A stretch of 64,000 bases of DNA. Source: Cetorhinus maximus. Taxonomy: Eukaryota. This document shows positions 11,001 through 24,200 of this stretch, one piece after another (the stretch's first letter is position 1; each line of letters opens with the position of its first letter). A program made the translations under genes and the position numbers. The stretch spans positions 20,088,001-20,152,000 of the forward strand of contig NC_135893.1 of the NCBI RefSeq assembly GCF_964194155.1, written 5' to 3'. Under the pieces are notes generated by a model. That model was given only the letters and a program-made list of their open reading frames with translations, had not been told where the DNA came from and made no database searches.

Positions 11001-14000
11001 ATCCTTACAGCTCCCCCTCACACCTGCCCCCCAATCCCGCATCTCCTCCCTCATTTCTCCCCAATCCATCCATCTCCTTCCTCACACCTCTTCCCCAATT
11101 CCACCATCTCTTCCACAAACCTCCTTAATTTCCTCACCTCCCCAAACCCCATCTCCTCCCTCCCATCTCCTTCCAATCTTCCTAATCCCCCTACCTTCTC
11201 CCCAAACCCTCCCTCCTCCTCCTCAATCCCCCATCTGCACCCCTCACCATCTACAAATTGCCCATCTCTTCTATCCCACCTCTTCCCCAATTTGCCCATC
11301 TATTCCTCAATCCTCCCAAGCCTCCATCTCTTCAATCCATCCACCTCACCTCCTCCCCAATCCTCCTACCTACTCCTCCTCAATCGTCCTCCCACTCATC
11401 TCCTCCCCAATCCCCATCCCCTCCCTCTCACCATCGCCACAGACCCCCAACTCATCCCTCTCAATTCCTCCCCATCCTCCTATTTCCTCCCGTTCATCTT
11501 CTCCCCATCCCCCACCACCGCCCCATCCCTCATTTCCTCACTTTCATCTCCTCCCCAACCCCAGCTCTTCCCCAGTCCACCAATCTCTTCCCTCCTACGC
11601 CCTCCCCAATTTCCCCATCTCCTCCCTCCCACCCCTCACCAATTTCTCCCACCTCTTCCCTCCGGCCCCCACCCCAATTCTCCCCACCTCCTCCCTCCCA
11701 CCTCCTCCTCCTTCCCAACCCCTCCACAATCCCCCCACCTCCTCCCTCCCAACCCCTCCCCAATATCCCATCTCCTCCCACTCCCCTCCCCAATCCTATC
11801 TCCTTCCACTCCCGTACCCCCCCCATCTCCTCCCGCTCCCCTCCCGAATCCCTCCCATCTCCTCCCGTTCCCCTCCTCAATCCCCCCCATCTCCTCCCCC
11901 TCCCCTCCCCAATCCCCCCAACTCCTCCCGCTCCCCTCCCCAATCCCCCCCATCTCCTCCCGCTCCCCTCCCCAATCCCCCCCATCTCCTCCCGCAACCC
12001 CCCCAATCCCCCCATCTCCTCCCGCTCCCCTCTCCAATCCCCCATCTCCTCCCGTTCCCCTCCCCAAGCCCCCCATTGCCCACTCCCCTCTCTTCCCCAA
12101 ACTCCCCATCTCCTCCTGCTCCCTTCCCCAGTCTCCCCATCTCCTCCCGCTCCCTTCCCCAGTCTCCCCATCTCCTCCCGCTCCCTTCCCCAGTACCCCA
12201 TCTCCTCCCGCTCCTTTCTCCAGTCTCCCCATCTCCTACCGCTCCCTTCTCCAGTCTCCCCATCTCCTCCCGCTCCCTTCTCCAGTCTCCCACTCCCCTC
12301 CCCAATCCCATCTCCTCCCACTCCCCTATCCCCCCATCTCCTCCCACTCCCCTCTCCAATCCCCCATCTCCTCCCGCTCCCCTCCCCAAGCCCCCCATCG
12401 CCCACTCCCCTCCCTTCCCCAATCTCCCCATCTCCTCCTGCACCCTTCCCCAGTCTTCCCATCTCCTCCCGCTCCCTTCCCCAGTCTCCCCATCTCCTCC
12501 CGCTCCCTTCCCCAGTCTCCCCATCTCCTCCCGCTCCCTTCCCCAGTCTCCCCATCTCCTCCCGCTCCCTTCCCCAGTATCCCCATCTCCTCCCACTCCC
12601 CTCACCAATCGCCCCCTCCTCCCGCTCCCCACCCCAATCTCCTCCTGCTCCCCTCCCCAATCGCCCCATCTCCTCCTTTTCCCTCCCCAATCCCCCATGT
12701 CCTCCCTCTCCCCTCCGCAATCCTCATATGTCCTCCCTCTCCCCACAATCCCCACACGTCCTCCCTGTCCTCTCCCCTCCCCAATCCCCCATCTCCTTCA
12801 CTGCTCTCCCCCCAATCTCCTCCCTCTCCCCTCCCCAATCCCCCATCTCCCCTCCCCAATCACCCCTCCCAATTCCCCCATCTCCTCCCTTTCCCCCCAT
12901 CTCATGTCGCACTTCCTCACCATTTCTCCCAACCCCTCCCTCCAACCCCTCCCCAAAGCACCTATTTCCCTCCCACCTCCTCCCCACTACATCCATCTCC
13001 TCCCTCCCAGTTCCTCCCTAATCAACCCCATCTCCTCTCTCCCACCCCCTCCCCAAGTCCCCATCTCCCATCCCCAATCACCCCTCCCAATTCCCCCATC
13101 TCCTCCCTTTCCCCCATCTCATGTCGCACTTCCTCACCATTTCCCCCACCCCCTCCCCAAGCCCCCCACTTCCTTCCTCCCACCTCCACCCCAATTCCCC
13201 CACCATCTCCCTCCCTCTCCCCAATCCCCTCCATCTCCTCCCTCTCACCTCCTCCCCAATCAGCCCAATCTCCTCCTTCCCACTCCCTCCCAATGCCCCC
13301 ATCTCATGCCTCCCACCCCATCCCCAATCCCCCTATCTCATGCATCCCACTCCATCCCATCTCCAATCCCTCATCTCCTCTCTTCTCTTCTCACCAATTC
13401 CCCCACCGCCTCCATTCCAATCCCTTCCCCAATGCCCCCATCTCCTCCCCAATCACTCCATCTCCTCCCACTCCATTCCCCAATCCCCTATCACCTTCCT
13501 CCCACCACCCCAATTACCTCACCTCCTCCCTCCCACTCCCTCCCTTTCACCTCCTCCCTCCCACTCCCTCCCTTTCACCTCCTCCCCAATCAGCCCAGTC
13601 TCCTCCCTCCCACTCCCTCCCCATTCCCATCTCATGCCTCCCACCCCTTCCCCAATTCCCCATCTCCTCCCTTTCATCCCCTCCCCAATTCCCATCTCAT
13701 GCCTCCCACCCCTTCCCCAATTCCCCATCTCCTCCCTTTCATCCCCTCCCCAATTCCCCCATCTCCTCCCTTCCATCCCCTCCCTAATTCCCCCATTTCC
13801 CCCACTTCCTCCCTTCCATCCCCCCCTCCTTTCCATCCCCTCCCCAATTCCCCCATCTCCTCCCTCTCACCTCCTCAATCGCTCCATCTCCTGCCTCTCA
13901 CCTTCTCAGCAATTCCCCCATCTCCTTCCTCTCAACTTCTCCCCAATCCCATCTCCTCCTCAAACCTCCTTACTCTCCTCCTCTCCAATCCCCATCTCCT

Positions 14001-14188
14001 CCCTCCCCAAACCTCCCTCTCACCACCTTCCCAATCCCCCATTTCTTCTATCCCACCTCTTCCCCAATTTGCCCACCTATTTCTCAATCCTCCCCCAATC
14101 CCCCCTCTTCAATCCCCCCACCTCCTCCTCAATCCCCCCAGCCTCCCCTCCCTCTCCCTCCTTCCCCTCCCTCTCACCCCATTCCCAC
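10260..14188 (+). repeat. About 3.9 kb C-rich (G-rich on minus) compound minisatellite
   Basis: 31-bp unit CCCCATCTCCTCCCGCTCCCTTCCCCAGTCT around 11800-12700; 21-bp unit CCGCCCCTTCATCCACTATCC around 10520-10640; very few G on plus. Confidence 0.95.
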
Positions 14189-14214
14189 CTTGCCGGTTGC
14201 CCGCGGCTTTCCAT
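14189..14214 (-). CDS. Candidate first coding exon of the C1orf167-like gene (MESRGQPA)
   Basis: caaATGG context inside a small CpG island; donor AAG|gtggga; linking exon(s) to 7678 not resolved. Confidence 0.4.
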
Positions 14215-14320
14215 TTGACGGCTGAGCTTCTCCAGATCTCGCGAGAGCTCGGAACGGCGTTTCCAGGAGTCGCAGCGGCGGAGGCGGGGCCTCAGGATCA
14301 GCCCGCCCCCTATCGGCATT
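14190..14320 (-). promoter_or_regulatory. CpG-island promoter with perfect TCTCGCGAGA (BANP/CGCG element) and GC box
   Basis: TCTCGCGAGA at 14237-14246; GGCGGGGC at 14283-14290; dense CpG. Confidence 0.65.
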
Positions 14321-15219
14321 GCTGGGTAATGGCAATTCATCTGATCAGTCTGAACTCTAACCCAAGGTAAATAATGCGTTCAATAAAAAGGAACAGCGAC
14401 TGTGGATACTTTGAGAGACAGCAGAGAGATTCATTGATGCAATAGGTTAAACATTGACATTTCACCTTCTGCAATGAACAGAGTGCTCTGGGGAAATCTC
14501 AGTATTCATCCCACTTCAGTAAACGACCTGGAGGTTTCATGGGTCAGGGCAGAACCTGCTTTATTTTGCATGTTGCCTGCTATAAAATTCTTATTTTCAA
14601 TCCCAGTGCACGGCCAGATGACCTTGAATCAAGATACAGAGCGTCCATCACTTGACTTGAAGCTTTGAGTAGCCAGCGGATAGGTGGACAGGGCTGGACA
14701 CCAGAATGAAACCGCTATTTATGCGCACAGGGGCTTTTAGTTAGGTCACTTGCTCTAGTTTATTGGTGGGGAGGCAGCTACAGAAACTTCTCCCCGAGGG
14801 ATTAGGCTCACCCAATTTCAGCACAACAGCCTAGGCAAAGTCAAACCATCATGTATATGAGCAGGGAGTGCTTGATGTAGATATTGGGTACTCAAACTAT
14901 CTGCGTTATGTACATCCAACCTTCTTCCCTCCCCATGGAAACTTCACTTTATCCTCTTAACTTGTTTTGACTCTACTAGAAACCCTCACCAATGTGCACA
15001 AGGTGCAACTGGAGTTATGCAACCTTCCATTTTCTGAACCAACCCTCATTGTGTGGTACACAAAAGTTGGTCAAATACAAAACAGAGGAAAAGCAAGTAA
15101 ATTAGAACAAGTCGTCGGACTGATCTCCCCCTCCCAGCCCAGCCCTAACTGCTTTCCCATACCTTCTGCCTTGAATCTTGGCATGACATAGGAGCAAGGC
15201 ACAGGATATGACACATGAT

Positions 15220-15370
15220 CAATAGATTTCTACATATTAAAAACATCAAGGGGTACAGAGCTAGCACAGGAAAATTATGTTAAAGTAGATCAGCCATGAT
15301 CTCATTGAATGACAGTGTGGGTTTGAGGGGCTGAATGGCCTACTCCTGCTCCTATTTCTTATGTTCTTAC
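15220..15370 (+). mobile_element. CR1 3' tail
   Basis: gatcagccatgatctcattgaatg...gggctgaatggcctactcctgctcctatttcttatgttctt. Confidence 0.8.
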
Positions 15371-18098
15371 AAGGGAATCCACTGCAAGAGAAAATTGCTT
15401 GAAAATAAAGTATTGTTCTCACATACAAACTAATTGAAAATAGTACTGAGAACATGCAAATATTATATAAAGCGCATGTGGCAGGTCAATAAAGTCAAGG
15501 ATCAGAATTGTGCGCAATAACTCCTGTAGCTGTTACCAGCTGATGCAAGGGTTTCCTTGACTAAATTAATAAATCCCTGGAGATTCCCCAAATCTCTCCC
15601 AGGAAACAACAGCTTTGCCAGTGTTCACTGACTCATCTTGAGTTTCCCTGGGGTTTTGAAAGCTTACAGAGAAACGAGGAGGCGACTGCCTCATTCGCAG
15701 TATCTGCAAGCTGACCAAAGCTCGGAGTAGTAGGTTTAACAGCTTACTGACAAATATTAAAGGGAGTCACACCCGCTCTGCTTCAGATAGTGTAATGTGT
15801 TGAAACAGCCCCCTTGCATTTGGCTGCACCCAAAACTTCAATGGTTTTTTTTCTCTGTTCAATTCCTGCTACTGTTGCTTTATATTCCAGATAAATACAT
15901 AACATACATATCCAAATTAGCAGTGGAATCAGAACAACAAAGATGTTTAGTTATATTTATTGCATCTTCATTTCTAATGAGTTAAGGAATTATTAAAGAA
16001 ATCAGATCTCCTGCACTTAGTGAATGATGAGCAAGATGTGGTTTGCAGAAATGCTTCACCCAGGGAGTTGATTTGCACGTGTGTCATAAGAAGGTGTGAG
16101 AAAGAAGACTGCAGAAGAGTAACATCATAATTTTAAAGCTACTGTTAGGAAAGTTTAAAAAACTTGTGATTTGATGACCCTGAATCTGTGGTTTAGTATT
16201 TTAAGTATCACTTGTTGGACAGGTAGTTGCCTGCACTTGATCCCAACATACAGAAACTGTGTCCAATATCATGGTTCATGCACAGGTACAAATACTGGTA
16301 GCAAAGTTACTGCTGCTACCTGCATTTTATTTGATACCATGATCAACAAATTCTTCCTGGTATTGCTGAGGATTCCTAAAACTCAGCTGCTCTTTGGAAA
16401 AGAATCGATGCCTCCATTCCAAGTTGACAACTGTCTCATGTTGAACTGCACCTGTATTTAGTAGTGCTTATTCAGAGTTCACTGCAGTCTGTCCATTTTA
16501 GTGGATTTTATTAGCGATAATAGATACATTTCACAATCATACCATTCAGGATGCTGACAGTAAGCAGGCACTAAAATCGAACAAATGGCACATAATTGAG
16601 TAAAATTACACATCAGGATTTAAACGTTCACCCACACACAGTGAGCCCATGATTGATACCTGGCACTTGTTCCCATGGCAATAGAATCACATGCTGAGGC
16701 TAGCAACCATCTTGAGATTGGGATACTCTGAATGACTTCTGCGGAAAATGGACAAACTATTAACCCCTTGTCATTTTCAAAGGCAACAGCAGCGGTTCCC
16801 CAACAACTGCTTGCACTGGTTTCAGTCACAGTTGCTTCCCTCTCTTCCTTTCATTCACCATTTATGCAGCTTCATAAAATCAAGCTTCTTACAAGATAAT
16901 AAAATTTTTAAAAGGACCCATTTACACACCAACTTTAGCATTACAGAAATGCGTTTCATTTTGCTGGAAATCAAGAGTTAGACTGTAAACAAAGTCATGT
17001 CTGCTCTTGAAAATGCTAAGTGAGAACCCCCTTACTACAGAAATTGTCTCTAGGCCAATAGCAAACCAAAGCTGTTTGCTCTCAAAACATTACAGCGCAG
17101 AAACAGGCCAGTCAGTCCAACAAATCTGCACTGTTCCATGTGGGCTACACAATTCACTGTGCACTGTGGGGGAAGGGTACAATTGTATTGTGTGTGACAC
17201 AGGTTTGCACCTACAACTCCTAAATAGCAAATTCTTAAATCACTTTCCTGGAGGAGAGGACAGGGCTGGTCACCTGGTGCCACTCTTCTGTGTCCCACTG
17301 AGAAACAGCAATTGAGCACCAATTATGCCAACCCAACAGATTAGCCCTGGCCAGAGCCTAAGAGAATTCATGACAATAGTCAAATTTAGGGCAACATTAA
17401 ACTCCCTATCCATTTTACCAAGCCCTAGCGAGAGAGTTACTATAAGACAAAATTACTGGAGCTACATACCTTCAAATAGCTCGCGGCCAAGAAAATTGAA
17501 GCATGGAGTTGGATAATACTGTAAATTGTAACAGTCAAAAATTTCAGGAACTGAAAGACAGTATTGGTGCAGTGAATTGCTGGTGGGGTGCAATATTCCT
17601 ATGGCTAAAGGGTGGGTGACTAATGTCACCTCTGCCTTCTGAGATACTTGTAGTAAAGGTCTGAAGCAAGTCACCTTGAACACTTTGGTCATTATGGCTC
17701 AGTATTAATACAATGAGTTACGCCTTTAAACCTCTGAGGAGCTGCCAACAGCTTTCATTCTGCACCTCGTATTCAGCCAAGACTGTAATATTCTGAATGC
17801 AATAGGCAGTGATTTTAATTCACGCCCCAATAACTACACTGGAATTCACCAGGGCTAGAATTTTCTGGAGTGCAACAATCTCCAGCCTCAACTCCAAGTT
17901 GCTTTGCCCTACGGACAGTATTGCAGCCCAGCTGCCTCCTGGATAGTCACCACAATAACCTCATGATCTGGAAGATGTGAACAGGACATTTATACAGAAT
18001 ACATTGACTCATCAACACACACATACAGGAGCAAGTGGTTACTGAATGTAAGGCACAAGGCACAGGCTTTCATACAGTAGTGCCTTACAGCTTGAACA

Positions 18099-18217
18099 TT
18101 AATAGGCTGCGCAAGGAGTCTTGGTCCCTGCAGAAACAGCAGGTTGGTGGTGAGGCTCCTGCCCATCGATAGTTTGGTATGAAGTTCGATCCCGACCACC
18201 AGTTAAACCTGGAAAAC
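18099..18217 (-). CDS. AGTRAP: AGTRAP canonical last coding exon
   Basis: ttctgtacag|GT TTT CCA...DRTSYQTID...CAAY TAA; matches the conserved DRSAYQTID motif. Confidence 0.92.
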
Positions 18218-21200
18218 CTGTACAGAACAATTCAGAGAAATAGTCATTTTCTCTTCCCCCCCACAGATCACTGGCAGAAAGAACTGAAAACAATGCAACC
18301 AAGAACAGCCAGACAGACCTGGTTTTAGCCAGGAGCTCTCAGCAGATTGCCAGACATCTGCAGCACTAGTTTGTTAAAACAATATTGGCAGAGTCAGGAA
18401 CTGCTCACTGAGGAATGAGCAATAAAATCACAATATTACCTAGAAATTGCTACAAAGAAACAGACCTTTGGGCCCAATGAATCTGAATTAGCAGTAATCC
18501 TAATTCCGTGCTCTTGCCCTGTTCCCATAGCTTGCTACTTCCATTGCATTCAACCACCTACCTACCTATTTTTAAGGTGTTGACATGATTTCACAACCTC
18601 TCAAATCTGTAAAGTAGGGTTCTCCTCTCAAACTATCCGATTTATTCTAAATATTACCCCCTCGATCACTGGAAACTGTTTTTGCCTGTCTTATCCCTTC
18701 ATAATTTTAAACACCTGCCAAATCAACAGCAACTTGCATACCGTTCCAAGGTACTTCACAGAAGTATAATCAGGCAACAACTGACACCAAGTTAAAGAAG
18801 GCATCAGGAGGTGCAAGTAAAAACTTGCTCCGAGTGGATTTTGGGAGGGTTTTAAAAGGATAGGATGAAGATGAAAGGCTGAGAGACGGAACTCCAGATT
18901 GAGAGACTTAAAACAATTGAACATGCAGCTGCCGTCGGTGGGGCAAAGGGAAGGGTTTTAACAGCAGGTCAGAGTAAGAGGAACGCTGAGCTCCTGGAGG
19001 TTTGAATGGCTGGAGAACATTAGAGATAGTGAAGGGGATGGACATGAAGCGATTTAAACACAAGGATGAAAATCAAAGTATATCATGAAGCACAGGGGTC
19101 ATTGGATGCAAGTGGAAGAATTGAGGATGAACTGAAGTTTATGGAGGCTAGAGGATGTGGGAGAGCTTTAGAAGAGACAATTCTGGAGGTTACAAAAGTT
19201 TAATTCAGGGTGTCAGCAGAAGGGGAGAAAGGGTGGAATTTGGCAATCCATATGATGGAGCAGATATGGGCTCAGATGTTCACCTTGGAATCAAAGAAGA
19301 TGTTGACGTTACCGACAATCTGATTCAACCTAAACAAACAGTGACCAGGAAGGATGATTCAGAGGTGAAGGAATGGAATTTGTGGCAGAGGCCAAAGACA
19401 GTGACTTCAGTCTTCCCATTGTCTAAACTGGATGAAATTGTGGTACATCAAATACTGAATGTCAGGCAAGCAGTTTGACAACAGAGAGGTGGTCAAGAGA
19501 TCGAAAGAGGTAGAGCTGGTTGTCAGAGAACATGGAAGCTAAATCATATATCTTCGGATGACAATATGTAGATGAAGAGGGAGAAGGGTTCAAGGGAAGA
19601 TTTTTGGAGGCCTGCAGAGATAAGAGTGAGAGAACAGGAACAGAAGTCATTGTTGGAGAAACTCTGGTTACAATTGGATTGGTAAGAGTGGAATCAAGCA
19701 AGGGTCCCACTCAGCTGGACAACAGAGGATGGGGTTTGTTAGAGAATGGTGTGGTGAACATTCTCAAAGTTTGCAAACAAATTGCTAAGGATGGTTTGGG
19801 CGGGAGGGGGGGTGCAGGTGGCAGGAAAATAAGGTGTGTGGAGGGAGGACAGTGCATCACAGGCTTGGACTGTACTTATCATTTTGGGCTGTTTCAATAC
19901 TGGGGCAGGGAAGGAAACAGGATTGGAAAGATTCAAGTGTGAAACGGCATGTAAATATGGAGACAGATTTGGGAGCGACAGCATATTCAAGAACTTTGGA
20001 CAGGAACAGAAGGTTGAAGACAAGGAATGGTTTCTAAAGAGAGAGGGGTTAAGGTTTATTTTATTTTGATTTGAATGATGACAGCAGTTTTGAAAGGAGA
20101 TGGGGCAGACCTGAGAAGGGGGAAATGATTTATAAAGTCAGTTAGCACAGCGGCCTTGCCCCCCACCCCGAGAGGGAAGTTGGGTGGTCAGCAGTTTACT
20201 GGGGATTGGCTGAAGGAGGAGAGAGATGTCTCAAGGACAAGGTAAGCTCAGAGAAGGCATGAGGGGAAATAGGAGAGAAAGACAGATTCAGGGATAGGAG
20301 GTGGCTACATAGCTGGTCTCAGCCTTAGTGTCATAAGTATATTAGATTACTGCGATTCTTGTTAGAAGTAAGGTGAAGGGGTGGGGGAGACGGGTTTAAG
20401 GAGACAGTTGAAATAAAAACAGAAAATGCTGGAAAAACTCAGCAGGTCTGGCAGCATTTTTGTCTGATTTCAATCGCCTCAACACAGGGGCCTTGAGGCT
20501 ATTTATAGTGTTTTAGCCAAGATCTGCAAACTCAGCATAGTAAGATCGACCTTGTGAATTTCCCATCCACGTGGTTAGCCACTCACCGGGCCTCCAGGGA
20601 AGCTTTGTGACAAGCACAAACCCATACCACAAACCTTCATTCAATTATCCACAGTTTTGATTGAAAAAAGAAACCATTGCAATGAAATTATGAACAAACA
20701 AATACATAAAAACTTTCAGAAATGTTATACAAAAATGAAAATAAAAACTTGCAATAATCTGGTTCTTAGTGAAGGACAAATTAACGGCATAAAAACAGCA
20801 GCAACATTTCAGCAGCTCGGGAAGGATCATGTTATTATTGGAAGATCAATGATCAAAGCAGGAGAGCTGAGGGATACGGCAGTGGGAGGAAGAGTGTACA
20901 CGCACTGCAGGAGAGACAGGGGTGGGTGGTTCAGTAGGAGCGACCGTAGTGAGCACTGGATTCAACACTATCGCACGTAAATCTGCTGTCAATGGAGCTG
21001 TCCAGGTCTGGGATGGAGAGACCAGGAAGAAGGCAAGAGAGAGAGAGAGCGAGAGAGAGAGAGAAAGAAAAAGACAACCATCAGCTTTGATAAAAACACC
21101 TTCAGGAGGTTGAGAAGCAGGTAACAAAACAAACAGAACAGGTCCAACATAAAACAGGAACATTCAGCACAATTATCTAAAGAGTAGCCCCCTCCCTTAT

Positions 21201-24200
21201 ATGAATACAATTCATTCAAAGCAATTCACAAGTGCTTCCCAAATACTGCTCCCACAGCACAGGCCCTCTCAGGGGCTTGGGCACAGACACACTGCCAAAA
21301 CTTAGCAAACCCCAGAATTTGAGAAACATTCAGACTGAATACATCTTTTTTCACTTCATTACAGTTTTCATTATTTTAAGGAAGCAGCTCTAACACCAAC
21401 CGTGCTTCAAGACAAGGTATTCATCATTCCCCTGAAGGCTCAGCACTTTTATTCAGCGAGTAGCCATGCCTACAGCTTAGGAGCATCATTGCTCTGTACC
21501 AAGTGAACTGCTCTGAGCCAGAGCAGCAGCAAGGGCCCCTAAACACCATTTAGCGTCTCCCAGGGTCATAAATGTGCACATCGTGTAAGGAAGTCAACAG
21601 ACTTGATCACAATTTGAACTTTTCAATCTCAGTCCGTGCCAGCAACCACCCAGCCCCCCACCCAAGATAATCTGTGCTTCCCACCCCACCCATCCACCAC
21701 TCCAGGATTCATTGCTCTCAATATGTCTGCTCACTCAATCTCCACTCCAGAATGTGTGCACGTGGTCACCTAGTTAGCACAGAATGACAATGCCTTTGCT
21801 GTACCAGGGTGTCATTGGGACAGTGGAGGTCTGGGGAAAGAGGGGCTAAATTAGTGCCTCTCACCATGTAGATTGATTTAGCTCCAAGCTTTCCTCCAAT
21901 AAATCTTCCTGCCACCACACCTCAAACCCCCATCTTGTTGCTCAGGGTTAGTAAAAGGTTTGGTTGACCTAGGGTTGCGAAACTTGAATAGTTACTTCAA
22001 GTTTAGGAACTACTGTTCCTGGCGGGCTTTGGGCCTTCTGCATACGCACCAACCAGGAAATAGCCGCACATGCGCAGTTAGTCTTTTTTTATGTTCTTTA
22101 GGCCAGGAACTAGCCCTGCGCAGAAAGTAAAATGGTGTGCAACTGGAGGTCAGGTGACCTGGAACCAGACACCATTCAAGAGGTGTCCCAGGGAGCAAGG
22201 GCAGGTCCCAAAACAAGGTGGTGGTCCCAAACAAGGGAGTGGGACAGAAAGAGGTCCCAGGACAAGGACAGAGACCAGAAACAGATACCATTAAGTAAAG
22301 GTGAGAAAAAGGAGCAGAGCAATAGGCTCCAAATTAAAGAGAGAGAGTTGTAGGGAGCAGACTTGAAGCAAAGTGGGCTCGAGAGGAGCCCTGAAGATCT
22401 GAGAGGGCAGCCGAAAGTTGATGACTCCCGTGCTGCGGGCCATAAGGGTAAAGGTAGCCAATGGAGCAGTGCTGTATTGCTTGGCATGGCTGAAGATCTG
22501 AAATTGTGCTTGCAAGGTGAAGCTGGAGCGTATACAGAGATCCAGAGGAAAGGAATCTCGGAAGGAGAGGTTGAAACCCTGGGCATACATCCTTGTTGAA
22601 GCCGTGCTAGTAGGAGCGACGTTTGGAGAGAATTCCAAGGCAAGTTCTTCAAACGTGGAGATTGGAAACCCTCATGAGAAAGACAGAGTTTCAGTGAGAC
22701 TGGGTGACTTATGGTGTGACAAGCATCTGGGTGGGCTTTAAGAAATTCATAGAACCAGCTTTCGTAGCATCTGTCATTTATTTCAGAGCCTGGTGTGTCT
22801 GACCACAGTTTGCCGGTTCACATGTAGTTACCCTGAATATTAGAATGTAAGATAGGTATGGTAAGTTGTTTTATCTTTCCGAATTAGTATGTGTCTGTGA
22901 AGAGATAGCTGGGGTGAAAGAATAGTGCATATTTGAATTATTGTTATGTGCTTGTCCCGAGAACTTTCCAAATTTTTTGTCTGGTGTAATATAGTTCATT
23001 TTTCTTGTTTAATAAATGTTTTATTTTGTTAAAAGTTCATCAGCAGACTCCTGTGAATTTGTTCAGTAACTAACCTCCATGATTTCTAAGAAAAAACAAA
23101 AGTTAGGACCTATCAAGCCAGTTTCACTCTGAATCTGACTTGTCTAGTATTAACATCAGCTGGGATCGTAACTCTAGACTCTTACCAAAGTTTAGGTTGT
23201 AATCTCCCCCTCGTTCCTTGTACATTTGATACACAAAGAGACAAGAAACCGGTTTCAGAATGAGGCTTAAAATTGCCATGCCAACACTGAAGCGGAACTG
23301 GTCCCTCAAGGCGACGTATCTTTGTCCGCCCTGGAAACGGTCGTAGCTGATCGCAATGTGGATGATGTCCGTGAGGATCGTTATCACCATACCAACTAAA
23401 TACTAAAAGAAAAAGTAAGACATCAGATTCAACAAACCATCACTAGCAGGCACAGTCTCAAGACATGGAGTTGGCACTATGACAGCAGCTGACTGTGAAC
23501 CAAACACAGGATTAGGGAAGAGAAAGGGAGACCTCACCATGTCCCAAACACATGTTTATTCTCCTAGCCCTAAGCACCATTCCCTGGTTTACAGATGATG
23601 GCCACATAATAATCCTTGACCCAGGTGCTCAGAGTTTCAGCATGCACTGCAGCCCAGTGGTGCAGGGCCATTCGGGGAGATGAAAGAAACAGTACAAATC
23701 CAGCACAAGACAGATATGGCCCAGAGATAAACCTCTCAACCTTTATGGTGTGCATGAGCTTTTATGTTTTTATGTACCCTGTTAATGAGCTGATCCCAGC
23801 TGATAATGACCTCAATTACAACAGTCAATGACGCTTTAACCCTCAGACACAACTCTTAACTGAAGCAGTAAATGATTGGTGCTTGGAAAGATCATTTCCC
23901 GTGACACATGCAAACAATACTGGGCAAGTACAGCCTTCCACTTGTCTATTACTATAAGGCTGCACTCTTTCCCAGCTGTAGCGATCACAATCCACAACCA
24001 TGTACCTCCCACTTACTTTCAGAGGGACGGAATGCAGTTGATGCAGTGAAAAACAAGCAGGTCATCAGGCTGCCATTGAGTGCAGCATTTTATCTGCAGG
24101 CTGGCAACAACTGTACAGGAGGAAGCGACCGAAGAACAAGATCATCTCGCAATTTCATTTCAGCCAAATTTACTCTGACTCTCCCCAACTCATTTAAAAG

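Noticed and set aside
10155-14370. Very long Pro/Ser-rich (plus) and Gly/Glu/Arg-rich (minus) ORFs of up to 831 aa
   Set aside because: Open in nearly all frames because the C-rich repeat rarely forms stop codons; these are low-complexity artefacts, not extensin- or collagen-like genes
22010-22741. Cluster of overlapping ORFs of up to 158 aa
   Set aside because: Inside the GC-richer solo LTR; no gag, pol or env motifs
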